In this document: in pieces, positions 7,471 to 17,748 of the stretch
How positions within the stretch are numbered: the stretch's first letter is position 1
How the letters are laid out: each line of letters starts with the position of its first letter
NCBI GenBank assembly: GCA_945900795.1
Contig: CAMDJN010000001.1
Span: 1 to 62,137 of the forward strand
Reading direction: 5' to 3'
Length of the DNA: 62,137 nt
Source: Rickettsia typhi
GTDB taxonomy: Bacteria > Pseudomonadota > Alphaproteobacteria > Rickettsiales > UBA1997
Translations under genes and position numbers: made by a program
Notes under the pieces: model-generated
Databases searched by the model: none
What the model saw: only the letters and a program-made list of their open reading frames with translations
Told to the model about the DNA's origin: nothing

Positions 7471-9297
7471 ATGCTCTTCCCTAAGGACTTCCCAGACAAG
7501 CTCAGATCGTCAATTTTGGTTTCCGAAGTTGTTGGCAAAAGAGTAAAATTAAAACCCCGCGGCAGAGAGTTTTATGGGCTCTGTCCTTTTCACAACGAAA
7601 AAACTCCATCCTTTACCGTCAATGATCAGAAGGGTTTTTATCATTGTTTTGGATGCTCAGCCAATGGTGATGCGATTAGTTTTTTGATACAAAATGAAGG
7701 TCTAGAATTCAGGGATGCTGTTGTGCAATTGGCTAATGATTTTGGCATTCCAATTCCAAAGGTAAAACCTGAAGAATTCAGGAATAGCATGCCAGCAGAT
7801 GGGATAGAAAGAGACAGACTAATTCTTGAAAAGATCTGCGAATTTTTTGAAAAGAATCTTTACGATGAGATTGGAATCGAGGCAAGAAATTACCTTAAAA
7901 AGAGAAGATTGAGTAGAGTGATCGCAAAGAAATTCCGTCTCGGTTTTGCTAGGAATTCCTACGAATCATTGCTCAATTTTCTTAAATCAGAAAACTTTAC
8001 TGAGGCAGAAATAGCAAAGACCGGGGCCATAAATCGTAAGGATTCAAACAAGATTTATGACAAGTTTCGCAATCGCATAATTTTTCCAATTACTGACAAA
8101 AAAAATCGCATTATTGCTTTCGGCGGAAGAGTCTTGGGAGATGGTTTGCCAAAATATCTAAACTCTTCCGAGACAGAATTTTTTAAAAAGAGTCAAACTC
8201 TTTATAATCTTTTTCAAGCCCGCAAGCCTATATTCGACAAAGGCTACGCTGTAATCGTAGAAGGTTATATGGATGTAATTTCTCTAGTTTCGAATGGGAT
8301 CGAAAATGTTGTTGCAGGCCTTGGAACCGCAGTAGGAGACGAACATCTCAAGGAGCTTTTCTATATCACGGATAAAATCGTAATTTGTTTGGATGGTGAT
8401 GAGGCTGGGATTCGTGCTGCAAAACGTGTTTCAGAAATCTCTCTTTCGCTAATTACTTCTAAAAAAAATATCAGTTTCGCATTTTTACCAAACAAAATGG
8501 ATCCAGATGATTTTATTAAAGAATTTGGCAAGGATGAGTTGGATAAGAAGCTGTCACAAGCGATCCCGCTCTCTGAAGGCCTCTTCGAATTTTCCATGCT
8601 TGATCTTGGAATTGATAGGGGAGTAAAGATTTCTGCAGAAAATAAAGCTAAGCTTGAAGCGAGTCTATCCGCTAAAATCAACGCGATACAAGACCAATCT
8701 TCTAAAAAATATTTCTCACTTTTTTTTAAGGATTCGCTATTTTTCTTGGGAAGGAATGATAAAAAATCTAAGGGTAAAAATGAGTTTGAGTTGGTACAAA
8801 GAATTCATTCAAAACCATCATCTCGACCCGCAGATTCAATAGCTAGAAGCATTCTTGCATATATCATAAAATTTCCAGGCCTAATCAATTTTCATGACGA
8901 AGATTGTGACGTAAAGGGATTGCAGTTTACTAACGAAAATCTTACCAATGCTAAAGATTTGTTGGTTGAACTGTTAGAAAATGAATCCGATCTTTTGTCG
9001 GATGAAATCTTGACCTATCTGGAAGGTCAGGGTTTTTATGAGGATGTTGTTGAGATACGAAAAATCATTTCTGATTTCAAAAACAGTAATTTAGACATTG
9101 ATTCTGCAACATTCAGAATTCGTATTTTATTATTGCGCAACGTGTTGTTGCAGGCTGACTTGCAATATCGTGATCTTTTGAAAGAGAGCGAAATAGAAAC
9201 GCATCAAACAGAAATCATAAATCCGAAAATCACGGAAATTTTTAATTACAAAAACTCACTTGAGCAGAAAATTATTTTGCTTGAAGGAGATTTGTAA
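7471..9297 (+). CDS. dnaG: DNA primase
   Basis: 608 aa. It has the CHC2 zinc finger (CPFHNEKTPSFTV...YHCFGCSANGD) and the Toprim region (VEGYMDVISL, DGDEAG). Confidence 0.95.
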   Translation: MLFPKDFPDKLRSSILVSEVVGKRVKLKPRGREFYGLCPFHNEKTPSFTVNDQKGFYHCFGCSANGDAISFLIQNEGLEFRDAVVQLANDFGIPIPKVKPEEFRNSMPADGIERDRLILEKICEFFEKNLYDEIGIEARNYLKKRRLSRVIAKKFRLGFARNSYESLLNFLKSENFTEAEIAKTGAINRKDSNKIYDKFRNRIIFPITDKKNRIIAFGGRVLGDGLPKYLNSSETEFFKKSQTLYNLFQARKPIFDKGYAVIVEGYMDVISLVSNGIENVVAGLGTAVGDEHLKELFYITDKIVICLDGDEAGIRAAKRVSEISLSLITSKKNISFAFLPNKMDPDDFIKEFGKDELDKKLSQAIPLSEGLFEFSMLDLGIDRGVKISAENKAKLEASLSAKINAIQDQSSKKYFSLFFKDSLFFLGRNDKKSKGKNEFELVQRIHSKPSSRPADSIARSILAYIIKFPGLINFHDEDCDVKGLQFTNENLTNAKDLLVELLENESDLLSDEILTYLEGQGFYEDVVEIRKIISDFKNSNLDIDSATFRIRILLLRNVLLQADLQYRDLLKESEIETHQTEIINPKITEIFNYKNSLEQKIILLEGDL

Positions 9298-9324
9298 AGT
9301 CTAACCTGAAGCCATTTTTAAACG

Positions 9325-11841
9325 ATGAAAAAAACTACAAAATCTCAAAGTAAAAAAGTCAAAATTATGGCCAAGAAATCTCCAGTTAAAAAGGTAAAAA
9401 TAGCACAAAAGACCCTAAAAAAATTAGCTCAGAAAATAGCTCAGAAGGTAGTTAAAAACTCGGTCGTAAAAACGATAAAGAAGCCATTAAAAGCAACTTC
9501 AAAAACTACGAAAATTGTGAATAAGAAGTCTCACACAAAAACAGTTATATCTAAGATAAAAAAGCCCTTAGTCAAAAAAACTTTAGTCAAAAAAACTCCC
9601 ATCAAAATTAAGGTTAAAATATCTACAAAAAACTTACAAAAAAAACAGCCACAAATTATTAAGAAAAATAATCCTGTAATCAAAAATTCCGATAAAAAAC
9701 CGGCAAAAAAAATACTAAAATCTGTCGTTACTAAATCTGCAAATAAACTCGTCGCAAAAGCTTCTAAGTCAGGTAAGGTGGTCAAAAATTTACACCCAAA
9801 AAAGGCGAAACAAAAAAATAATCAGGAAGAAAAGCCGCCCACAACTCTGGTTAGAGCGAAGTCAAAAAAAAACGTTCCCGCCAATGACAGAACAAGTTTT
9901 CTTGTCGAAAAATTTCAACTGATTCAAGGCGTAAAATCTGCCCTGCAAAAAAGAGATGAAGAGGGAAGGAAGCTCTCAGAAGAGTTGGGAAGCGTCGTTA
10001 AAAAGCTTTTATCACTTGGAAAGAATCAGGGGTTTTTGACGCATGAGCAAATTAACGAGCATGTCGATTCGGACATAGATTCCCGCAAGATGGACCGCAT
10101 ACTCGATATTTTATCTGAGTTCAAAATTCAGGTTGTTGAGAAGGAGGATGATTTAGAAAATTTGATAGATGAAAACCTGGCAACGAAAGAAGAGGAAAAA
10201 AGTCAAAAACGCAGCGAAGACTCCGTTAAGACTTACCTGAAATCAATGAGTACTGTAAAGCTCTTAACAAGAGAAGATGAAGTCTCGATTGCGATGCGTA
10301 TTGAGGAAGGGCGCAACAAAACTATTAAATCGCTTTACCAGAGCCCAATTACAATGCACCATTTTGTTGAGTGGTATAACGGTTTGTCTGGCGGTACGAT
10401 TTTGCTCCGTGACCTAATCAGAATTGATGAGACTTACAATTCCGAACTTGAAGAGATGATGCGAAATAGTGAGCAGTCAGAAAGCGAGGAAGATATTACC
10501 GCGCTAATCAACGGTCCAGTTGATTCTGCCTCAGACAATCCTGATGAAAATTTATTTGAAGATGATGAGCTTGAAGAGATAGATGAAAGCGTTGTATCCT
10601 TCGTTTCAATGGAGCGCATCCTCATGCCGAAGATGCTCGACCTATTCCAAAGAATATCGCAATTATGCCAAAAAATAATCGACAAATCCGAAGGAAAATC
10701 CTACGAGCGCGCCAAAAAAGATAAAGAAATAAACAAGCTAAAAGAAGATTTTGAACAATTTGCTGAAGAGGTAAGTTTTAATGATTCTCTTATCAAAGAT
10801 TTAGTGGAGCAGCTTTACGAAGCGCAGCAAAAGCTGATCGGTGTTGAAGTTGCGCTGCTTAAACATGCACAAGAATTTGGTGTTGATAAGGCGACATTCC
10901 TTAAAAACTATCACGGATTTGAAGAGAAAGGATGGCTAGAAAATGCGAAAATGGTCAAAGACAAAAAATGGCAAAATTTTCTTACCAACGGTGCCGAAAA
11001 AATTCACGAAACCCAGAAAAAAATTTCTAAATTTGCCCAGATCACGGGCCTCTCAATTCCTGATTTTAAAAGACTCCTGAATAGTATTCACAAGAGTCAG
11101 GACGAGGAATTGAAAGCAAAAAAAGAAATGATCGAAGCCAATCTGCGCTTGGTTGTTTCTATTGCTAAAAAATATACCAATCGCGGTTTGCAGTTTTTGG
11201 ACTTGATTCAAGAGGGAAATATCGGATTGATGCGGGCGGTTGATAAATTTGAATATCGCCGTGGTTATAAGTTTTCCACTTACGCTACTTGGTGGATTCG
11301 CCAAGCCATTACACGTGCCATCGCAGATCAATCGCGCACTATCAGGATCCCAATCCACATGGTTGAAACCATCAACAAAATCGTCAAAACTTCTCGCCAA
11401 CTTACGCAAGAACTAGGGCGCACTCCTGATGCGCAAGAAATTTCTAACAGATTGTTGATGCCGGTTGATAAGGTTAGAAAAGTTCTCAGAACATCGAAAG
11501 ATCCAGTGAGTCTAGAATCTCCAATCTTAGGAGATGATGAAGAAAGTGTTCTTGGAGATTTTATCGAAGACAAAAGCGCGGTATTACCTTTCGACGCAGC
11601 ATCTCATACGAAACTAAAAGAAATTGCAGCCCAAATGCTTTCATCACTTACCCCAAGAGAGGAGAGGGTGCTACGCATGCGCTTTGGTATTGGTATGGTA
11701 ACAGATCACACACTAGAAGAAGTCGGAAAGCAATTTTCTGTAACGCGTGAAAGAATCAGACAAATTGAAGCTAAAGCTTTAAAGAAATTACAACATCCCA
11801 AAAGAGCAAAATTATTAAAAAGCTTTTTACAGGATATGTAG
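9325..11841 (+). CDS. rpoD: RNA polymerase sigma-70 factor RpoD with a lysine-rich N-terminal extension of about 190 aa
   Basis: 838 aa. Regions 2-4 are unmistakable ([90 protein letters not shown]). It follows dnaG, as is canonical. Confidence 0.95.
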   Translation: MKKTTKSQSKKVKIMAKKSPVKKVKIAQKTLKKLAQKIAQKVVKNSVVKTIKKPLKATSKTTKIVNKKSHTKTVISKIKKPLVKKTLVKKTPIKIKVKISTKNLQKKQPQIIKKNNPVIKNSDKKPAKKILKSVVTKSANKLVAKASKSGKVVKNLHPKKAKQKNNQEEKPPTTLVRAKSKKNVPANDRTSFLVEKFQLIQGVKSALQKRDEEGRKLSEELGSVVKKLLSLGKNQGFLTHEQINEHVDSDIDSRKMDRILDILSEFKIQVVEKEDDLENLIDENLATKEEEKSQKRSEDSVKTYLKSMSTVKLLTREDEVSIAMRIEEGRNKTIKSLYQSPITMHHFVEWYNGLSGGTILLRDLIRIDETYNSELEEMMRNSEQSESEEDITALINGPVDSASDNPDENLFEDDELEEIDESVVSFVSMERILMPKMLDLFQRISQLCQKIIDKSEGKSYERAKKDKEINKLKEDFEQFAEEVSFNDSLIKDLVEQLYEAQQKLIGVEVALLKHAQEFGVDKATFLKNYHGFEEKGWLENAKMVKDKKWQNFLTNGAEKIHETQKKISKFAQITGLSIPDFKRLLNSIHKSQDEELKAKKEMIEANLRLVVSIAKKYTNRGLQFLDLIQEGNIGLMRAVDKFEYRRGYKFSTYATWWIRQAITRAIADQSRTIRIPIHMVETINKIVKTSRQLTQELGRTPDAQEISNRLLMPVDKVRKVLRTSKDPVSLESPILGDDEESVLGDFIEDKSAVLPFDAASHTKLKEIAAQMLSSLTPREERVLRMRFGIGMVTDHTLEEVGKQFSVTRERIRQIEAKALKKLQHPKRAKLLKSFLQDM

Positions 11842-12020
11842 TTTGCAGAACTTGGCCTAAGTCTTTTTATTTCCCATCTTCCAGACATTAGAGATACTTG
11901 CTTCAGCAAAATTGAAGTTAGATCTTTTTTGATCTGGGATGACAGGGGTGTCAAAAGATTTTGAGTAGGTTTTAGCAATTTAACCGCTATCAACAATGAC
12001 AAAGCTAAAAAAGTCCTCGA

Positions 12021-12734
12021 ATGAATTACAAGTTGGTAACAGATTTTTTAGCAGCGAATGATCTATCCAGAGTTTCGGATTTAAGTGAGAATATCAGAGA
12101 GAAAGTTTTGGAAGAATATCCTGCAATTATTGCAGGATTAATCAGACAATGTCTTGTTCCAAACCCGGATACGGGAGCATTAAAGTTTGAGATGTCGATG
12201 ACGACAGCAACGCAGACAATACGAGAATCATCTAATAAATTAATAGAGTTTTATAATTCTTGTAAAACGGATGAACAGCGTTTAATTGCTGAAAATATAA
12301 CAAGTGAAGCCTTGGCCAAACTTAAGAGACTGCCAGAAGAAATTAATATATCTTGTCGCCCTGAGATGAATTTCAGAAATTTACCAAGAGCTCTGACTAT
12401 GTTGCCTAAATTAAAGGAGTTAACAACTAGGCATTGCACATTTCAAGAGTTACATACCTCTGCACTACATGTTGATTGTTCTTTTAGTCCAAAACTTGAA
12501 ACTTTATTAGTTCCAAATGCAACCAATGTCATATGTGATTTTTGTCCATCTCTGCTTAATCTGAATGTTAAGAAGGGAGTTAAAATTGAAGGAAAGAATG
12601 AGATCGCGTTGGTAGATTATCATACTCATGAATCGCAAAATCCAACATTGCCACCTGGCAATATTGAGGTTAAAGGAGGTGGTAAATTATCAGCGACTAG
12701 TGGTCCCACATTTCCTTGTTGTACAATCTCGTAG
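12021..12734 (+). CDS. Hypothetical protein with LRR-like units and a C-terminal CaaX box (CTIS)
   Basis: 237-aa ORF. It has LPKLKELTTRHC..., SPKLETLLVPNATNV and CPSLLNLNVKKG repeats, and ends ...GPTFPCCTIS*. Confidence 0.6.
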   Translation: MNYKLVTDFLAANDLSRVSDLSENIREKVLEEYPAIIAGLIRQCLVPNPDTGALKFEMSMTTATQTIRESSNKLIEFYNSCKTDEQRLIAENITSEALAKLKRLPEEINISCRPEMNFRNLPRALTMLPKLKELTTRHCTFQELHTSALHVDCSFSPKLETLLVPNATNVICDFCPSLLNLNVKKGVKIEGKNEIALVDYHTHESQNPTLPPGNIEVKGGGKLSATSGPTFPCCTIS

Positions 12735-12764
12735 AATCCTTCTACTAGCAATATCACCATCATC

Positions 12765-13943
12765 TTGCAGCCTACTATGGTAAATTTCGAACTTTCCTCA
12801 TTTGCCATTGACGAAACGAAATCGCGAGGTCGGCTTCATCTGGAAGCGCACGATGACTCAAAATTCCGCTCAATCTTTGGTCGTGACCGTGACCGCATCA
12901 TCAACTCTTCCGCTTTCCGCCGCCTTCAATACAAGACCCAAGTTTTTGTAAATCATCAGGGTGACCATTACCGCACACGTCTCACTCATTCACTCGAAGT
13001 TGCTCAAATCGCTCGCTGGATTGCTGGCGCCCTTAATGTAAATAAAGATTTAGCAGAGATAGTTTCTCTCGCCCACGATCTTGGCCACACACCCTTTGGT
13101 CACGCAGGAGAAGATGCTTTGCATGAGAAGATGGAAAACTTCGGAGGTGAAGGGTTTAGTTTTTCACACAACGTTCACACGCTTAAAATCATTACAAAAC
13201 TTGAGACACGCTTCATTGAGTTTGAAGGTTTGAATTTGTCGTGGGAGATGCTCGAAGGAGTGGTGAAGCACAATGGTGCAATTATTGATGAATCAAATCT
13301 AGATGATTACATCCGGGAGTACAATTCGATTCACGACCTCGATCTAAAATCAACTCCATCGCTCGAGGCACAAATCTCAGCAATCGCTGATGACATCGCT
13401 TACAATAATCATGATTTGGAAGATGGTCTTAGGGCTGAGTTATTTACCGTTGAAGAAATTCTATCCCTCCCTCTTGTTGGAAAAATTTACCAAGAAATTT
13501 TGTGGAAATATCCAAATTTAAAACGCGAAATGTTGGTAGGTGAAGCTAAGAAGCGTCTTACTCTGACAATGGTTTTGGACGTTATTCAAAATACAAAAGA
13601 TAATCTAGAACAAGCTTTGATTAAAAATGTAGAGGATGTCAGAAATACAAAAAAATTCCTGGTAAATTTCTCTGATGAAATGGAGCGGGCCCACCAAGCG
13701 CTAAAAAAATTCCTGATGGAAAACATGTATCGTCACCCAATTGTTAACGAGATGACGCAGTATGCCACAAAGGTTGTCGAGGGGCTTTTTGATTTTTATA
13801 TCAATAATCCAAAATCACTGCCAAGAGAAAATGGTGATCCAGTAATCCACGACAAAAAACATTTGGCGATTACGGTTTCCGACTACATCGCTGGGATGAC
13901 TGATAGGTTTGCGATTAGAGAATTTAAAAATTTGAAGATATGA
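12765..13943 (+). CDS. dgt: Deoxyguanosinetriphosphate triphosphohydrolase-like protein (HD domain)
   Basis: 392 aa. RDRDRIINSSAFRRLQYKTQVF, RLTHSLEVAQIAR, HDLGHTPFGHAGE and DYIAGMTDRFA are all present. Confidence 0.9.
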   Translation: MQPTMVNFELSSFAIDETKSRGRLHLEAHDDSKFRSIFGRDRDRIINSSAFRRLQYKTQVFVNHQGDHYRTRLTHSLEVAQIARWIAGALNVNKDLAEIVSLAHDLGHTPFGHAGEDALHEKMENFGGEGFSFSHNVHTLKIITKLETRFIEFEGLNLSWEMLEGVVKHNGAIIDESNLDDYIREYNSIHDLDLKSTPSLEAQISAIADDIAYNNHDLEDGLRAELFTVEEILSLPLVGKIYQEILWKYPNLKREMLVGEAKKRLTLTMVLDVIQNTKDNLEQALIKNVEDVRNTKKFLVNFSDEMERAHQALKKFLMENMYRHPIVNEMTQYATKVVEGLFDFYINNPKSLPRENGDPVIHDKKHLAITVSDYIAGMTDRFAIREFKNLKI

Positions 13944-14515
13944 GTAAACGTTACGAATACTCGCAACCACAAACCAAGCCACAAAAACATGATTTAAACC
14001 ATCTTTTTGAAATATACAAAATCGATGAGGAGATGCGTGGCGACATAAAGGCCGCTGCTGTTAATTTGCAAATATCAGAAGATAATTTTGTTGGGTTTGT
14101 GTCTGGGTTTATTTGTAAAACGATAGGCGAAAATAACCCAGAAAATCCTGCTAGATCCTCTCATATAAATCTTTCCAAAATAATTGGTAGAAGAAAATTC
14201 AATCCAGATCCGAAATCATTAAAAGCTCTTGGTATCCTTGAGGCGATGGGTTTAAATTTAGATCGTAAGTCAAATGCTCCTGAGCAGACTTTGTGTGTCA
14301 GTGGAAGAGTTCCTGATCCCAATGATAATCTTGATCCGAACGGTAATTTAGGAATGAATCGGGTATTGGAAATGCTTCATGCCAAAGTAATTGAGGGTCA
14401 GGTGCTTCGGCTTTCTTCAGATGGTTTAACCGAGGAAGAGAGATCAGAAAAGACTGAAGAGATCAGAAGCAATGTTAAAAATCTTTTTAACCTCAACCTT
14501 AAAAACGCCAGCTGA
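13940..14515 (+). CDS. Hypothetical protein (orphan)
   Basis: 191-aa ORF whose ATG overlaps the dgt stop (ATGA). I recognise no motif. Confidence 0.45.
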   Translation: MSKRYEYSQPQTKPQKHDLNHLFEIYKIDEEMRGDIKAAAVNLQISEDNFVGFVSGFICKTIGENNPENPARSSHINLSKIIGRRKFNPDPKSLKALGILEAMGLNLDRKSNAPEQTLCVSGRVPDPNDNLDPNGNLGMNRVLEMLHAKVIEGQVLRLSSDGLTEEERSEKTEEIRSNVKNLFNLNLKNAS

Positions 14516-14519
14516 AGTA

Positions 14520-14830
14520 TGGTGAGGGAGGGGGGTCTTCTCGCAATTCTTTAAAGTTTTCAGCGGGGTAATCGCCAGGAGAGCGTAAACCTTTTTCTTT
14601 AGCTCTGTGTAGGTGTTTTTTACTGACTGAGCATCGATTATGATGAGGCTAGTTTTTAGGGTCTGACCATTGTTTGTAAGGATATTTCGAATTTTTTTTT
14701 AAAGCCACTTCTAAAACTTCAGTCACTCTCCAAGATTGTGAGGTAGTAATGAAGTAAGTTCCAATCTAGAGATTCCTTCGGGTATTTAATCTGTCTCAAG
14801 TCTTTTTTGGCCCACATACCTAGGGCGGGA
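14520..14830 (-). mobile_element. Degenerate IS5-family transposase relic
   Basis: The minus-strand translation contains IRNILTNNGQTLKTSLIIIDAQSVKNT, which is the IS5-family IIDSQSVKT motif. It is preceded by MWAKKDLRQIKYPKESLDWNLLHYYLTILESD* and an A9 slippery run. It is broken by stops and frameshifts. Confidence 0.55.
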
Positions 14831-14841
14831 TAGGTATAAAA

Positions 14842-15735
14842 TTACAAAGTCTTAATTTCTTTAATCATCAGATCTTCATACTCGAGATAGATTTTGTCCT
14901 CGATGCGCAGGTCGATAGACTTTAAACCTATTGTTGATCCAGGGGTGCTGTAGATTTTAATCAGATTTTGCCAGGCTCTGTTGATGTTACTTTCGGGAAG
15001 TTTTATGAGTAGTCCATTATCTAGACGAATGTCCCATCTTCGATTGCCAAGCCAAGTGGCGGAATAGATTCTGGCGCTGAATTCAGAATCAATAGAAAAA
15101 ATATTGAAGAGTGATTTGGCGTGGGTGTTTGCGCCATTGCCGGATAATATCACCATGTTTTTAAATTCCTCAGATTCTTCAAACGGAACCGTATTCCCAT
15201 CCTTGTCGATTATGTATTTTTCGTTTTCATTTTCCCAAATAGCGAATGGCTGGTATTCGATAATGGAAACGTTTAGAATATCTGGGATGCTGCGAGTGAT
15301 GACGATTTTATGGATCCAGGGTAGCTTTGTTTTCATCGTATCAATCAAGTTTTGTACCAATGGTCGATATTCATTACGCGTACTCTTGTTGCGATTTGTT
15401 TCAATTTTTGTTTCGTTGATCACTGCGATAATTTCTTCCTTACTTACCCTCCGATTACCATCAACGTTGATCGTTGAGAACTTATGATCATCAAGATTGA
15501 GATAATGCCAAACATAAGGAACCATTTTTCTGTACAACTTTTCCATCATTTGCGGTTGAAAGAAGACCATGAAAAAGAATATAAAGCCGCATAGTGCAAT
15601 AAAGATTGCGAAGTAATGGGTGATGCGAGGAATGATGATTTGAAAGATGAGGTAGCGTAATTTGCGGACGAGTCTGTTTGCTAGGATTATGTTCCTGATC
15701 CTAAGTCTAAGTGAGCGCTTTTTGGTCATTCGCAA
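14842..15735 (-). CDS. ftsQ: Cell division protein FtsQ
   Basis: 297 aa with one TM helix followed by POTRA/FtsQ-type domains. It lies immediately downstream of ddl, which is the conserved dcw-cluster order. Confidence 0.85.
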   Translation of the reverse strand: MRMTKKRSLRLRIRNIILANRLVRKLRYLIFQIIIPRITHYFAIFIALCGFIFFFMVFFQPQMMEKLYRKMVPYVWHYLNLDDHKFSTINVDGNRRVSKEEIIAVINETKIETNRNKSTRNEYRPLVQNLIDTMKTKLPWIHKIVITRSIPDILNVSIIEYQPFAIWENENEKYIIDKDGNTVPFEESEEFKNMVILSGNGANTHAKSLFNIFSIDSEFSARIYSATWLGNRRWDIRLDNGLLIKLPESNINRAWQNLIKIYSTPGSTIGLKSIDLRIEDKIYLEYEDLMIKEIKTL

Positions 15736-16664
15736 TGCGAAGTTTCAAGGAGGAATTCAACTATTTCTTCGAATGAAATTCCAACATGTTTAGCGATTTT
15801 TGGAACTAGGGAAGTTGCGGTAAAGCCTGGATGAGTATTGACCTCTAGCAAATAAAACTCGTTATCTCCGCCATCTTTATTGTTTAAAATAAAGTCAATT
15901 CTACTTACCCCTCTGCACCCCACAACCTTATGACATCTTTCGGATAAATCTAAAATCTCTGCATATTTTTCAGGTGAGATTTCTGCTGGCATGATATAAT
16001 CTGTCATGCCGGGCGTGTATTTACATTTATAATCGTAGAATAATCCGTGAGGCCTTACTTCGATTGCTCCCAAAGCTTTATCATTCATCACTGCCACCTG
16101 AATCTCTTGTCCTGCTAAATATTTTTCGATGATGATTTCGTTGCCATATTTCCACTCATATTCAGCAAAATTGAATTGCGTGTTTGGCAAGATTACTTCT
16201 ACACCAACACTTGATCCTTCGCTGATTGGCTTGATTACAAATGGCTTACCTATGTCAAGAATTTTTTCTTTATTTTGTGCGTCTTCGCCTTTTTTTAAAA
16301 GGTGATATTTTGGGTTTTTTACTCCGACTGTTGAGCAAATTTTGCGAGTTAAAACTTTGTCCATGCAAATTGCTGAAGCAACAATTCCGGAGTGGGTATA
16401 AGGGATCTGTAATATATCGCAAATGCCCTGAATACGCCCGTCTTCGCCATATGTTCCGTGAAGTGCGTTGAAAATTATGTCAGGCCTAACCTCTTCCAGG
16501 TGTTTAAAAATTTGGCGAGAGAAATCGATTTTTGTTACTTTGTAGCCAAGTTTGATTATTGCTTCGCAGGCTGCCTCTCCAGATCTTAAGGAAACTTCTC
16601 TTTCAGAATTCCATCCACCCATCAAAACAGCGATATGTTTATCTTTTAAGTTTTTGGCTTTCAT
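15726..16664 (-). CDS. ddl: D-alanine--D-alanine ligase
   Basis: 312 aa. HGTYGEDGRIQGICDILQIPYTHSG, FVIKPISEGSSVGV and LLEVNTHPGFT are present. Confidence 0.95.
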   Translation of the reverse strand: MKAKNLKDKHIAVLMGGWNSEREVSLRSGEAACEAIIKLGYKVTKIDFSRQIFKHLEEVRPDIIFNALHGTYGEDGRIQGICDILQIPYTHSGIVASAICMDKVLTRKICSTVGVKNPKYHLLKKGEDAQNKEKILDIGKPFVIKPISEGSSVGVEVILPNTQFNFAEYEWKYGNEIIIEKYLAGQEIQVAVMNDKALGAIEVRPHGLFYDYKCKYTPGMTDYIMPAEISPEKYAEILDLSERCHKVVGCRGVSRIDFILNNKDGGDNEFYLLEVNTHPGFTATSLVPKIAKHVGISFEEIVEFLLETSHCE

Positions 16665-16671
16665 GAATTAG

Positions 16672-17019
16672 TTAAGATTTTTTTGTATCAGAATTATTAG
16701 ATGAGGTGGATCCCGAAGAGTCGGAGGAAGAAAATTCCGAAGCTAGTTTAGCATCTTTTTTAAGAGCTTGTTCCGAGTTTATTTCATCTATCACGTAAGC
16801 GCACAGATCTTCAAAGGGAACTTTAGTTTTTTCAGAAATTTCCATGATTTTGGAAAATGATTCCATTACGGAGCTTGGTATTGCGCCACCTTTTTTTTCT
16901 CCAAGCCACTTACTTTGAAAGTTCAGTGGATGCGTGCCAAGAAATGGAGTGCCGACATAGAGTGTTATAGGAAATTTCTGCCCTCCAAAATCGCAATTTG
17001 TGGTAAATTTTTTGACCAT
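16672..17019 (-). CDS. Hypothetical protein (DUF2610-like)
   Basis: 115 aa. CDFGGQKFPITLYVGTPFLGTHPLNFQSKWLGEKKGGAIP resembles remembered DUF2610 proteins of alphaproteobacteria. It has a Ser-rich tail. Confidence 0.45.
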   Translation of the reverse strand: MVKKFTTNCDFGGQKFPITLYVGTPFLGTHPLNFQSKWLGEKKGGAIPSSVMESFSKIMEISEKTKVPFEDLCAYVIDEINSEQALKKDAKLASEFSSSDSSGSTSSNNSDTKKS

Positions 17020-17197
17020 TTCTTTAGGTTATTTTTTGCTATTCTGGGACTGTCGCAAATCTGCTTCTGCAAAAAAATTCACACTTTTTAGTGTAATTGC
17101 CGTTACTTGTGATACTGCCACTTGCCAAAAGTTGATCAGTGTACAGGGCCGCTTTCTTTAAAATTTGCTGGTTGATTAAATGGTATTAGCATTGTGC

Positions 17198-17746
17198 TTA
17201 TGTGATCCCCTTGTATTCCCGACCCAACTCGGCGTAATTGTCGGCTGAAATTTTCATATAATCTCTTTCTGCCTGACTCATGTCGCGGAAATATTTTGCT
17301 GGGTTTCCTGCCCAGATTTGACCTGATTTTACAACCTTTCCCGGAGTTAAAACCGCTCCCGCTGCAAGCATGCCAAATTCCTCGACCCTTGCTAAGTCCA
17401 TTACGATAGAACCCATGCCAATGAAAGCATTGTCCTCGATTATGCAGGCATGGATTATCGCTTTATGCCCAATCGTAACATTGTTTCCAACTATTACTGG
17501 AGCACCTTTATCGCCAGTTTTGTTTTGTGCATGATGGGGGCGCGTGCCGTGTAACACGGAATTGTCCTGAATATTAGTATTGTCGCCAATGATGATTGGC
17601 GTGACGTCTCCGCGCAGTATGCATCCATACCAAATCCCAGAGTTTTTGCCGATTTTTACATCTCCGGAAATGATAGCGGATGAGGCTACGAAGCTAGAAA
17701 AATCAATGGTTGGTAGGATATTTCTGTAAGGTAAAATATTTTTCAT
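17198..17746 (-). CDS. Gamma carbonic anhydrase family / hexapeptide-repeat protein
   Basis: 182 aa. It has left-handed beta-helix repeats plus IWYGCILRGDV and IGHKAIIHACII. Confidence 0.85.
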   Translation of the reverse strand: MKNILPYRNILPTIDFSSFVASSAIISGDVKIGKNSGIWYGCILRGDVTPIIIGDNTNIQDNSVLHGTRPHHAQNKTGDKGAPVIVGNNVTIGHKAIIHACIIEDNAFIGMGSIVMDLARVEEFGMLAAGAVLTPGKVVKSGQIWAGNPAKYFRDMSQAERDYMKISADNYAELGREYKGIT

Positions 17747-17748
17747 TT

